DNA from: a virus
DNA: 32,000 nucleotides
Direction: 5' to 3' (one strand)
IMG/VR virus record: IMGVR_UViG_3300032397_000002
Span: 65,579 to 97,578 of that record
The notes beneath the pieces were generated by a model. It had not been told where the DNA came from, did not search any database, and saw nothing but the letters and a program-made list of their open reading frames with translations. Each line of letters starts with the position of its first letter. Positions within the stretch are counted from its first letter, which is position 1. Of this stretch, positions 1 through 8,400 are shown piece by piece. The position numbers and the translations under genes are program-made.

Positions 1-158
1 ACTACACCGCCTACGTGACCGTCTACATCGGCAGCTACAGCGGAGGCAGAGAAAAGTACAGCGCCCAGGCCACCAGCCGCAATCAGTTCAAGGCTCTCGG
101 CTACGCCATCGAAGAGATTGGTCGCCAGGTCCGAGTCCTCACGCGGGGCGCACCGTAA
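1..158 (+). CDS. 3' end of a hypothetical protein (5' part lies outside the window)
   Basis: Frame 3 is open from the window edge to TAA at 156-158 (...YTAYVTVYIGSYSGGREKYSAQATSRNQFKALGYAIEEIGRQVRVLTRGAP*). No recognisable motif. Confidence 0.4.
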   Translation, partial: YTAYVTVYIGSYSGGREKYSAQATSRNQFKALGYAIEEIGRQVRVLTRGAP

Positions 159-163
159 TCTTC
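154..163 (+). promoter_or_regulatory. Conserved upstream motif copy 1 (CGTAATCTTC), 7 nt before the trx ATG with no SD
   Basis: AATCTT core at 157-162, followed by the pyrimidine-rich spacer CCTCCCC and then ATG at 170. Confidence 0.4.
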
Positions 164-169
164 CTCCCC

Positions 170-472
170 ATGAACGACAATCAACCGAACGACCTCCCGA
201 CGTTGTACGACTTCTGGGCCCCCTGGTGTGGCCCCTGTAGGGCGATGGCCCCCGCCATTGAGGCCCTGAGCAAGAAGTTCGAAGGGCGACTCGAAGTCAA
301 GAAGGTCAACATCGATGAACAGCCTGGTCTGGCGAAGTTCTACAGCGTCCAGAGCATCCCCACCTTGATTTTGATGGCTCCAGATGAGAGGATGAGAATC
401 ATCGGCGGTCGACCGAGCATCGACCTGGAAGCAAAGATTGAAGAAGCGCTGAAGACTGTTACTGCGGAGTAG
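170..472 (+). CDS. trxA: Thioredoxin
   Basis: 100 aa with the canonical WCGPC active site (FWAPWCGPCRAMAP) and the cis-Pro region (SIPTLILM). Size is typical of Trx. Confidence 0.9.
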   Translation: MNDNQPNDLPTLYDFWAPWCGPCRAMAPAIEALSKKFEGRLEVKKVNIDEQPGLAKFYSVQSIPTLILMAPDERMRIIGGRPSIDLEAKIEEALKTVTAE

Positions 473-533
473 ATTAACGGTAGATCAGCGGGCTCATACC
501 CCGCGCGTGAAGGTTCAACTCCTTCCTCCGCTA
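463..533 (+). tRNA. tRNA-Met (anticodon CAT), initiator (fMet)-like
   Basis: Hand-folded 71-nt cloverleaf. Acceptor is 463-469/526-532. D arm is GATT-AACGGTA-GATC. Anticodon arm is GCGGG-CTCATAC-CCCGC. Variable region is GCGT. T arm is GAAGG-TTCAACT-CCTTC, and the discriminator is A. Initiator hallmarks are present: a 1:72 mismatch (T x T), three G:C pairs closing the anticodon stem, and A11:T24. No encoded CCA. It overlaps the trx stop codon (470-472). Confidence 0.8.
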
Positions 534-542
534 TGCAGTAAA

Positions 543-660
543 GAAGACGGCTGCAGCCTGGGTATGGTGTGTCCAGGAGTACCGCTTTGCCGACGAGGCT
601 GGTGGGCTGGGCCGATGGAAGTGTCGGCTCCTGTGAGTTCAAGTCTCACTGGCCGTCTTC
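543..660 (+). ncRNA. Oversized tRNA-like RNA (canonical T arm and long acceptor-like stem; anticodon not assignable)
   Basis: An 11-bp terminal stem (543-553 with 650-660) directly abuts a canonical T arm, GTGAG-TTCAAGT-CTCAC (633-649). Internal helices are possible at CCTGG/CCAGG (557-561/573-577) and 609-615/624-630. At 111-118 nt it is 20-40 nt longer than any standard tRNA, and I could not fold a 7-nt anticodon loop. Confidence 0.45.
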
Positions 661-666
661 TAGTTT

Positions 667-739
667 GGGGCCTTAGCTCAGCTGGGAGAGCGCCTGCCTT
701 GCACGCAGGAGGTCGACGGTTCGATCCCGTCAGGCTCCA
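667..739 (+). tRNA. tRNA-Ala (anticodon TGC)
   Basis: 73-nt cloverleaf: GGGGCCT TA GCTC AGCTGGG AGAGC G CCTGC CTTGCAC GCAGG AGGTC GACGG TTCGATC CCGTC AGGCTCC A. The G3:T70 alanine identity pair is present. No encoded CCA. Confidence 0.93.
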
Positions 740-745
740 TATGTC

Positions 746-1180
746 ATGAACTGGTCGCTCTTGCTTCAGAAGTTCTTCGTCTATGGATGCCTGGGTCTTC
801 TCATTGAGATCTTCTTCACTGGTGTCTACTCCCTCATCATCAAGAACTGGAAGGCAACCTCTCAGACCTACCTCTGGATGTTGCCGGTCTACGCCATTGC
901 TGGGCTCGCTCTGGAAGGCATCAGCGAAGCTCTCCCCTGGCCTTTCTACCTGAAAGCCCTGGTCTACGTCCCGACCATCTATCTCATCGAGGCATTCAGT
1001 GGTTGGTGCTTGAAGAAGGCCATTGGTGTCATTCCGTGGGACTATGGGCGCTCCAAACACACGCCATGGGGCCTCATCAACCTCAAGTACGCTGGCTTCT
1101 GGCTCGTCTTGGGAATGGCCTTCGACCCACTCAGCCTCTACTTGAGAAAAATGTTGAACTTCCTTGCCAAGATGGAGTAG
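746..1180 (+). CDS. Small polytopic membrane protein, resembles the 'putative ABC-transporter type IV' (CmpB/DUF1113-like) family
   Basis: 144 aa with about 4 hydrophobic helices. Family-like motifs are FFVYGCLGLLIEIFF and IPWDYGRS...GLINLKYAGFW. It starts 7 nt after tRNA-Ala. Confidence 0.6.
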   Translation: MNWSLLLQKFFVYGCLGLLIEIFFTGVYSLIIKNWKATSQTYLWMLPVYAIAGLALEGISEALPWPFYLKALVYVPTIYLIEAFSGWCLKKAIGVIPWDYGRSKHTPWGLINLKYAGFWLVLGMAFDPLSLYLRKMLNFLAKME

Positions 1181-1190
1181 ACTTCTCTTC

Positions 1191-1553
1191 ATGAGAGTGA
1201 AAATCCTGAACCTCGACAAGATGCCCGACTCCATGGGCGAAATCATCGACCCACCTGGCGTCACCGTCCGTGAGGGCGAAGTGCCGGTGGCCTACGACTA
1301 CAGCGACGACATCACGAAGCTCATGGGCTACGCCACCTTGGAGGTAGCCGTGGATGGGGTTTACGCCACCATCCGGCCTTTCAAAGAGACCGAAAAGACC
1401 ATCATGTATTTGTACCCTGGGGTCGGCGGTGAGACCACCGAGCGCGCAGGTAATGTCATCAAGAAGTGTCTGATTCGCATGGTCGGCGTCCACATGGGCC
1501 GTAACACCGACTACCGCATCGAGACCATCGGCGCCCAGCTGGAGAAGAAATGA
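1191..1553 (+). CDS. Hypothetical protein
   Basis: ATG at 1191 is the first start after the upstream stop at 1180; the track start at 1164 would overlap the upstream gene. The 3' end overlaps the next gene by ATGA. Confidence 0.6.
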   Translation: MRVKILNLDKMPDSMGEIIDPPGVTVREGEVPVAYDYSDDITKLMGYATLEVAVDGVYATIRPFKETEKTIMYLYPGVGGETTERAGNVIKKCLIRMVGVHMGRNTDYRIETIGAQLEKK

Positions 1554-2023
1554 GCTTCAAAATCAAGACTGTGACCATGTTCAAGCCCACCGACCTCAAC
1601 AAGTACCCCAAGGTCGACGAGGTCATCGCACTCGCTGCCGAAGATGGCCGGGTGGTCGAGTTGAAACTCACCGGCGACTGCTGCAGTGGGTCCTACTTCG
1701 AGGAGCAGAGTATCAAGGACGCCCAAACCCTGGTGGGTCAGACTCTCTTCAACATCGAGAATGCTGAGTCTGCCCGGCCCTACGTGAAGGCGGCGTACGG
1801 CTACACTGACGAGAAGACCGACAACTGGGTTGACGGTACCGATGCAATCCACTACCACTGCCTGAAGCTCACCACCGACCAGGGTGTGACCGTTCTGGAC
1901 TGGCGTAACGAGTCCAATGGCTACTACGACGGCACTTGTCGCGTTTCGGGCTGGTTCCTCCCCAACGTCTACGACGACTATGCCGACAACATCCGCTTCG
2001 AAGACATGGAGAGCACATCATGA
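1550..2023 (+). CDS. Hypothetical protein (CC-motif protein)
   Basis: 157 aa, ATGA-coupled at both ends. Contains GDCCSGSYFE and NESNGYYDG motifs. No family assigned. Confidence 0.65.
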   Translation: MSFKIKTVTMFKPTDLNKYPKVDEVIALAAEDGRVVELKLTGDCCSGSYFEEQSIKDAQTLVGQTLFNIENAESARPYVKAAYGYTDEKTDNWVDGTDAIHYHCLKLTTDQGVTVLDWRNESNGYYDGTCRVSGWFLPNVYDDYADNIRFEDMESTS

Positions 2024-2862
2024 GCATCTCAGCACGAGTCGTTGCCGACAGTCTCAGTCCATTGGGCAAGCGCATCACCACCTTCGTCTTGACCTACCCT
2101 CGCTTCGTGCATGCGGAGTTCATGACACATCGCGTCTTCAGTCGGAATGCGGCCAGTTCTCGGGCCATTCCGGCCCGAAAGATTCGAGCTTCAGTCCGCA
2201 TGGACCCCGCAATGCCCGTCTTCTGGGGTGCCAACCAGGCAGGCATGCAGGCTGACGTGGAGCTGAAGGGGCTCAAGTTATTCCTGGTTAAGTTACTCTG
2301 GATGAAGGCCATGTACTTGATGTTGTTCGTCAATTGGCTCCTGGAGAAGCTCGGCCTTCACAAGCAGATCGCCAACCGCATCACCGAGCCCTGGTTCAAT
2401 ATCACTGTGGTCTGCACCAGCACGGAGTGGGCGAACTTCTACAGCTTACGCAACCATGCCAAGGCCCAGCCTGAAATCAAGGCCCTTGCTGAGGTCATGC
2501 TCGAAGCCCAGAACCAAAGCATTCCGCGCATGCTCCAATACGGTGAGTGGCATCTCCCATTCATCGAGGAGTCAGACCTGGAAGACCTCGGCCTCGCACT
2601 CGCCAAGAAGGTCAGTGTGGCACGATGTGCTCGCGTCTCCTACCTCAACCATGATGGCAGGCGTTCGAGTGTCGAGGAAGACGAGAAGCTCTTCCAGCGC
2701 CTCGTGGGCGAGGAACCCAAGCACGCCAGTCCAGCAGAGCATCAGGCCACGCCGGGGGACGACCCCAACCGTCAACTGGGGAATTTCTTCGGCTGGATTC
2801 AGTACAGAAAGATGATTCCCAATGAAAACCTCGTGGAATACAAAGGACTTGTGATTCAATGA
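2020..2862 (+). CDS. thyX: Flavin-dependent thymidylate synthase, ThyX-like
   Basis: 280 aa starting at ATG 2020 (ATGA overlap). The ThyX signature region is FMTHRVFSRNAASSRAIP, against the canonical RHRxxSxxxxSxR. A downstream ANRITEPW...NFYSLR region matches the ThyX helical core. Confidence 0.75.
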   Translation: MSISARVVADSLSPLGKRITTFVLTYPRFVHAEFMTHRVFSRNAASSRAIPARKIRASVRMDPAMPVFWGANQAGMQADVELKGLKLFLVKLLWMKAMYLMLFVNWLLEKLGLHKQIANRITEPWFNITVVCTSTEWANFYSLRNHAKAQPEIKALAEVMLEAQNQSIPRMLQYGEWHLPFIEESDLEDLGLALAKKVSVARCARVSYLNHDGRRSSVEEDEKLFQRLVGEEPKHASPAEHQATPGDDPNRQLGNFFGWIQYRKMIPNENLVEYKGLVIQ

Positions 2863-3047
2863 ATGACGTGGAGAAGGGGAAGAAGTTGAAGGAGTTGGGC
2901 AAGAGGATGCAGGCCGCCAACGGCAACAGCCGCCTCCTGAACAAGCTTCAGGCTGAACTCGATGCTATACTTGAGATGGAGTCGAGTCCTGACCCCGAAC
3001 ATGACCAGGACCTGGAGGAAGCATGGGAGAAGGAACACCGACAGTAG
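2859..3047 (+). CDS. Small hypothetical protein (charged, helical)
   Basis: 62 aa, ATGA-coupled to thyX. Confidence 0.5.
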   Translation: MNDVEKGKKLKELGKRMQAANGNSRLLNKLQAELDAILEMESSPDPEHDQDLEEAWEKEHRQ

Positions 3048-3370
3048 CCAGGCCTCGTGACCAGGTGGATGGAGCCCTGAAGGTCGTGGAGTCCATTCGA
3101 GCCACCGGCGCCATGAGCGATGGCGCCTACTACAAGTGCCTCGTCTCCTTGGCCTACGAGTACGTCCTTGCCGACGAAGACCAGATGGCCCTTGTTCTCC
3201 TGAGCAAGGCACCCGAAGACTACTATCGTGTCGTCCAGCTCCAGCAGATGAGTGAGGATTCCATGTACAGAGACCTCGTCATCCTCCTCGCCTACAGGCT
3301 TGTGCAGATGGGCGTTGTCGACGGAACAGAAGACTCACTTCCACCCACCATGGCACCGGCAAAAGCATGA
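3023..3370 (+). CDS. Hypothetical protein
   Basis: 115 aa. A GGAGG lies 5 nt upstream of ATG 3023. An alternative GTG at 3065 would avoid the 25-nt overlap with the upstream gene. Confidence 0.55.
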   Translation: MGEGTPTVARPRDQVDGALKVVESIRATGAMSDGAYYKCLVSLAYEYVLADEDQMALVLLSKAPEDYYRVVQLQQMSEDSMYRDLVILLAYRLVQMGVVDGTEDSLPPTMAPAKA

Positions 3371-3738
3371 CAGACAAGACCTACACAGACATCCGTGTCT
3401 ACCGCTTCAGGGCAGACCTGGTCCATCAGAAGGAACTCGAAGCTCGCAGCGGAGGGCCAGTCCCCATCTTCAACGATGAGAAGCGCATCATCGGCTTTGC
3501 CACCATTCTCAATGAGTCTGGTACGACTGTTGCTGAGTGTGCCATCGACCCAGCCAATCCAGAGCGCCTGGACATGGAGAATGGGCGTGACTACTTTCTG
3601 GACGCCGCCCTTGAGTACAGAGGGTTCGTCGCCACCGAGAAGGGGTTTGTGCCCACCCTCGTTTGGGTCAAGGCTCTTCGGCTCACTTCCAATAGTGACA
3701 AGCTCCTGCCCCCTGTGACCGTTGGGAGCTGCACGTGA
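3367..3738 (+). CDS. Hypothetical protein
   Basis: 123 aa, ATGA-coupled. Confidence 0.6.
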   Translation: MTDKTYTDIRVYRFRADLVHQKELEARSGGPVPIFNDEKRIIGFATILNESGTTVAECAIDPANPERLDMENGRDYFLDAALEYRGFVATEKGFVPTLVWVKALRLTSNSDKLLPPVTVGSCT

Positions 3739-3917
3739 GCAAGAGATGGAGGACTGTTCAGTTCTGGGTCTGTCTGGTCATGGCCCTTGTCAACCTGGCG
3801 ATGTTCTTCGTCAGCTCCCAGCTTCACAATGCCAGCCTCATGAAACTCAATGTCGTCACCATCGCCTGCTGCCTGGTGGGGGCATTTGTCAACTGGTACC
3901 AGGACAAGAGCGAATGA
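3735..3917 (+). CDS. Small membrane protein (2 predicted TM helices)
   Basis: 60 aa with a GTG start overlapping the upstream TGA (GTGA). Hydrophobic stretches are WVCLVMALVNLAMFFV and VVTIACCLVGAFV. Confidence 0.5.
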   Translation: MSKRWRTVQFWVCLVMALVNLAMFFVSSQLHNASLMKLNVVTIACCLVGAFVNWYQDKSE

Positions 3918-4177
3918 AAATCAGGGTCTATCACACCTACTACGGATGCGACACGGGGTGCTGTGGGCATCGCATTGAGTTCTACCCCGGGGGGGAGAGT
4001 GAGGGGTGCTACCAGGAGTGGGAATGGGGCCATCGAGACGAATCTGAGACCCCAGAGGAGTACGCCAGGGGCATGGCTGAGGCCTTTCTGAGGGTTCATC
4101 ACCCAGAATGCCTGGCTACCATCGACTGGTCGAGCATGGAAGTCGATGTTGCTGCCATCAGTGAATGCAACCTGTAG
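3914..4177 (+). CDS. Small Cys/His-rich protein
   Basis: 87 aa from the internal ATG at 3914 (ATGA overlap with the upstream gene). Motif HTYYGCDTGCCGH plus HHPEC; probably metal-binding. Confidence 0.55.
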   Translation: MKIRVYHTYYGCDTGCCGHRIEFYPGGESEGCYQEWEWGHRDESETPEEYARGMAEAFLRVHHPECLATIDWSSMEVDVAAISECNL

Positions 4178-4182
4178 GCGGA

Positions 4183-4192
4183 GGCAATCTTC
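4183..4192 (+). promoter_or_regulatory. Conserved upstream motif copy 2 (GGCAATCTTC)
   Basis: Lies in the 4178-4220 gap, 29 nt before ATG 4221, and is followed by the SD GAGAGGAG. Confidence 0.4.
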
Positions 4193-4220
4193 CTGCTAGG
4201 TCGAGAGGAGATCCAACCCC

Positions 4221-4631
4221 ATGCTTCTAAGTGCCAGAATTTTGAACGATGTCGCCTCCGTGAACAGCTATGAGCACGCTCAGGCTGGCGAGTTCACTCA
4301 GGGCGACGCTGCAAGTGTCTACTTTCAGCTCACTGATGCCTCGCTGGATGGGGCAATACACGGCTTCAACCCCTCGGGACGACGCTACATCCCAGCCACC
4401 GGTGCAACTCTTCAAGTCGTGGTCGACAACATCGACGATGGCAAGAAAATCACCAGAACGGCCACCAACCCCTTCCCAGACGACAGAAGCATCTGGAAGC
4501 TGGACTTCATCGCCTCCGACACCATTTCTGGCACGTGCAGCATGCAGCTGACGCTGACTGAGGGGCTCTTGATTCGACGAGGTCTCGTGAAGAACGCCCT
4601 GCGCATCTCTTCCCCGACCGGCTGCGCCTAA
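4221..4631 (+). CDS. Hypothetical protein, likely virion-associated (by context only)
   Basis: 136 aa with SD GAGAGGAG upstream. It begins the run of structural-type genes. Confidence 0.6.
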   Translation: MLLSARILNDVASVNSYEHAQAGEFTQGDAASVYFQLTDASLDGAIHGFNPSGRRYIPATGATLQVVVDNIDDGKKITRTATNPFPDDRSIWKLDFIASDTISGTCSMQLTLTEGLLIRRGLVKNALRISSPTGCA

Positions 4632-4640
4632 GGAGTCAAC

Positions 4641-5480
4641 ATGGCAGACTACACGAACTCCCGATTCTCTGTCGGCGCTGTCATGCCCGAGAATGCGGTG
4701 CAGACCACATTCCCCAGCATGGAGCCGCTCATCACCCCCGAGCTGCTGAAGATGAGGCATCTCCTGGGTGTCAGCCTCGCCACGGCCAAGGACCCTCTGA
4801 CCGGCAAGGCCACCATCATCACCGACGATATTCTTGCTGATGCCATCGAGGGTGCAGTGGCCAGTGCAGAGCTGGAACTGAAGATTGACATCTTCCCAGT
4901 CAAGCGCCGAGAGAAGCAGCCCTTTGACTTGAATCTCTACCAGAGCTTTGGGTACTTTCAGCTCAGCCATCGGCCCTGCAGCAGCCTCGACAAGATGTCT
5001 GTCACACCCAGCAATCAGCTTGACGTCTACGTGGTGCCCAACGAGTGGGTCGAGACAGCGTATCTGGCTCGTGGCCAGGTGAACATTGTCCCCTTGACCA
5101 TCGCTTTCGTCCAGGGAACCTACATCCCCCAGCAGTCCGCCGGCGGTGCGGCCTTCTTGCAGATTCTCGGCAACAAGCCATGGATTCCTGCCTGGTGGCA
5201 GATTGAGTACACCTCGGGCTTTCCCAACGGCATGCTCCCACGCATCCTCAACGAGTACATTGGCAGTCGAGCTGCCGTGGAGATTCTCTCCCAGCTCGCT
5301 CTCAGCTTCGCACGTGCGAACAGCCAGAGCCTCGGCATTGACGGCCTGAGCCAGAGTGTCAGTACCCCTGGCCCTCAGATTTTCAAGGGTCGCATTGATG
5401 AGCTGGAAGAGAAGATGAAGGCCATCGGCAAGAAGGTCAAGGCGCTCTTCGGGTTCAAGATTTACAGTGGGACCATCTAA
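4641..5480 (+). CDS. Hypothetical virion protein; N-terminal part loosely resembles gp6-like head-tail connector/adaptor proteins
   Basis: 279 aa with SD AAGGAG 5 nt upstream. The stretch ITPELLKMRHLLGV...DDILADAIEGAVASAELELKIDIFP is reminiscent of the connector-family N-terminus. This is a weak call. Confidence 0.6.
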   Translation: MADYTNSRFSVGAVMPENAVQTTFPSMEPLITPELLKMRHLLGVSLATAKDPLTGKATIITDDILADAIEGAVASAELELKIDIFPVKRREKQPFDLNLYQSFGYFQLSHRPCSSLDKMSVTPSNQLDVYVVPNEWVETAYLARGQVNIVPLTIAFVQGTYIPQQSAGGAAFLQILGNKPWIPAWWQIEYTSGFPNGMLPRILNEYIGSRAAVEILSQLALSFARANSQSLGIDGLSQSVSTPGPQIFKGRIDELEEKMKAIGKKVKALFGFKIYSGTI

Positions 5481-5489
5481 GGGGGCGTT

Positions 5490-8400
5490 GTGAAGCTTGG
5501 CAAGTCCCAACGCGAGAAGGAGCCGACGAAGGTAGCCTCTGTCGCTGCCTTCAATCCTGACGGCTTGCTTCTGTTCGGCCTCCGCAACGACACCGAGAAA
5601 TGGACCTTGCCTGGTGGCCACTTTGAGCCTGGTGAAGAGCCCATCGAGGCCGCACGCCGAGAGCTTGAGGAAGAGACGGGCCTGAAGGGTGAGAACTTCG
5701 AGTTCCTTGGCGTGGGCGCTGTCAAGGAAGACCTCCACATCTACTGCTTCCGCTGTCTGGTTGCAGGCGACCCCGACGGTGGCGAAGACCCCGACGAAGA
5801 GTGCTCTGAGTGGAAGTGGTGTGAGCCCTGTGATATTCCTGAGGAGGTCATGGGCAACCTGCACTCCAAGAAGAACATCACGTTGAGGCTGTTGGGCATC
5901 CAGGAAGGCGAAGTCGAAGAGCCCCTGGAGAAGAAGGACCTTGTTGTCACCAAGCCCTTTCCCGTTCAGCACTACAGCACTACGCCAGGCCTGAAGCAGC
6001 TTGACCCTGCCTTCCAGGGGACCGGCAGCGCAGGCCAAGAGAAGAACCGCACCAAGAGAATTCCAAGGACGTACTACTATTCACGTCCGGGCGTGCCGGA
6101 AGCCCACGTTGCCTCCGCCGCCCACCTTTACCACGGGGAGCTGCCCAAGGGCACCCGGCTCTACGACATGGGCAATGACTCCATGGGCCTGATGACTGGC
6201 AAGTGGAGACAGACCAAGCAGGGCATGATGTACGATGCCCCCGACCGCGACAGGGCCGAGAAGAAGCTCAAGGCGCTGGGCTACCACGGGTACCACAACT
6301 ACGGCACCCAGGACGCCCTGGTCTACTTCCACCCACTGCCCGTCCGTCACATCACCAAGTCTGAGGATCTCGACAAGGCCGTCCTCGACCCAAATGCCGG
6401 GTATGCGATTACCCACACGGTCACGCAAGAACCAGCTCAAACCACCCGTCGCGGTGCAGTCCAAGCTAAGACGTACGTGAAAGTGTTAGCCCACCACAAC
6501 GGCAGTATTGTGGGCGCCCTGCACTTGGATGGTTACCATGCGGGCTCGCCTTCAATCACAGCGTTCAACATTGAAGTAGATCCAGCTCATCGACGCAAGG
6601 GTCTTGCTAGTGCCATGTACGCGCACGCTGAAAAGGTCACGGGTTTGAAGGCATCTCCCAGCTCTACCCAATCCCGCGAAGGACGTTTGCTGTGGGAGGG
6701 GAACAATAACACTCCACAGTTCGGCAAGTCTGAAGAGAGCCTCCAGAAGGGTTTCATGGCTGCAGCAGCCATCGCCGGCGCTATGGCCATGGGTGGTGCT
6801 TCCAAGCCCCCAGCTGCCCCGCAGGAGCAAGTTCAGCAGGCACCCAAGCCCCAGATGAACGAGGTAGCCCAGGCCAGCGGCATGCCCGCCTGGACCCCCG
6901 AGGAGCTACATCCCGACCTCATCCCCATCGCTCACCTTGAGTCCAGCTTCGGTCAGAACATGGCGCACGCCAGCCACCCCAAGGGCGAGTTTCATACCGC
7001 TCATGGCGCACTTGGTTTCAAGCCTATCACTGCGCACGAAGAGTACACCAAGTCGAAGTTCATGAACCAGAAGTACCCAGGCCTCAGTTCGCCTGAAGTG
7101 TTTTTGGAGAAGTTCAAGGGCGACAACAAGTTCTACAACCTGCTGGCCAGTGCCCACTTCGCACGTCTGAAAGCTAGACATGGTGACCCACAGAAGGCGG
7201 CATACGCCTGGCGCTGGGGCAGTACCGCATGTGCCAATGCGACTGATGAGCAGATCAAGAACGACGCCTACGTTCAACGGTACACCGCCATGCAGCTGCA
7301 CGGGAAGCAGCTTCAGAAGAATACCGAGGAAATTCTCTCCAAGGGTGAATTCCGCTCGGCTGCCTTCAAGCACAAGGATGGCACCGTAGCGGAGACCGGT
7401 GTCTACCACAACATCGAGCCCTGGCTGCTGGGCGGCTCCATGTCCCATCGCCCCGATGGCCCTCACAACTCCTCGGACTGGGAGGCCGGCTTCGTAACCA
7501 ACGGGGGCGCCTTCATGAACAGGGACCAGGCGGCCAAGCACGTCAGCTTGCACCGCTACAGCCCGGTCACCGGAGAGCTTCGCAACCTGGACTCTCAGGA
7601 CCCTGAGGCGTTTGGCAAGGAAGAGGAACCACCCGAAGGCGCTGACACCAGCTTTGACTTCGGTGCCAATGACCCAGCCCAAGACCAGCTCCATCAGAAA
7701 GCCCTGAAGTCCATTGCCCGGATGCACCCGGACAACCAAAAGATGGCCCAGGCTTGGATTGCCTTCACCAGGGGGCAAACAACTCAGAGGCCTGTTATTC
7801 ACCCAGACATGGAAAGACACCTCGCCAGATTCGGCATCGTGGACCCCAAGGGCTTCCCTTACGCCGAGAATGGACGCTCAATGGAGCGGGTGCAGGCGAA
7901 GACTGGACCTAAGAGGGCTCCAGGTGCCAAGCGTGTGGAGCAACCCGAAGGCCTCCGCCGGTACCGAGGCCTGGACCGCGACTACTTCATGCCCTACCAG
8001 CGTTCTGAGGAGGGCGAAAACGACCTCCTCAAGACCGAGCATGACCCCCTTGAGGCGATGCTGCAGCACGAGAATCCCCGTGAGCGCATCCTCGCCCTGA
8101 AGAACAAGCACGTCACCCCCTACCATCTCCGCATGGCCCTCGATGACGAGGACCCCGAGGTGCGAGCCTTTGCTGCGCGTCATCCCAAGATGACGGAGCC
8201 CCTGATTCATGAAGCTCTCCATCACGAGAGCATCCACACTCGAAAGGCGGCCTTGAGCCGTCCCGACTTGACGTCGGAACACATCCAGTCCGTCCTCTTC
8301 GACCCCGACATTCAGACCCTGGCAGCGATGCACCCGCGTTGCACGGAAGAGCAGCGTTCCATGGTCAGTGACCACCACCTGACTCCCCCAGGGCTCCGCC

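Noticed and set aside
598-605. An exact E. coli Chi octamer, GCTGGTGG, inside the tRNA-like RNA
   Set aside because: A single 8-mer is expected roughly once by chance in 32 kb counted on both strands. I noticed no orientation-biased repetition, and the host is unknown.
543-660. Interpreting the oversized tRNA-like RNA as tRNA-Sec, a suppressor, or a type II (Leu/Ser/Tyr) tRNA
   Set aside because: The long acceptor helix and the extra arm are reminiscent of selC. However, there is no TCA (or CTA/TTA) triplet in any loop. The best Leu-like anticodon arm (588-604, GAG) needs three G:T pairs and leaves 10 unexplained nt plus a 28-nt variable region.
507-1264. ORFs 507-749 (+), 340-642 (-) and 515-1264 (-), which overlap the tRNA cluster
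   Set aside because: They run through two well-folded tRNAs and the tRNA-like RNA, or lie antisense to the membrane-protein gene. They have no SD or motifs and are treated as spurious.
1936-2019. An N-terminal extension of ThyX (track ORF starting at 1936)
   Set aside because: The extension is Arg/Pro-rich, overlaps the upstream gene out of frame, and has no SD. ATG 2020 forms an ATGA junction typical of this genome and leaves a normal ThyX N-terminus.
3735-3917. The 60-aa two-TM protein as the holin
   Set aside because: It is about 10 kb from the nearest lysozyme gene and lacks a charged C-terminal tail pattern that I could rely on. It is kept as a generic small membrane protein.
4227-6038. 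Very long antisense ORFs in the track: 4227-6038, 7878-9899, 13258-14955 and 21305-23170, all on the minus strand (565-673 aa)
   Set aside because: Each lies exactly opposite a strongly supported plus-strand gene that carries recognisable motifs. Their translations are low-complexity (Leu/Gly/Val/Ala/Arg-rich) with no motifs or SD. Stop-poor antisense frames are expected in GC-rich coding DNA.
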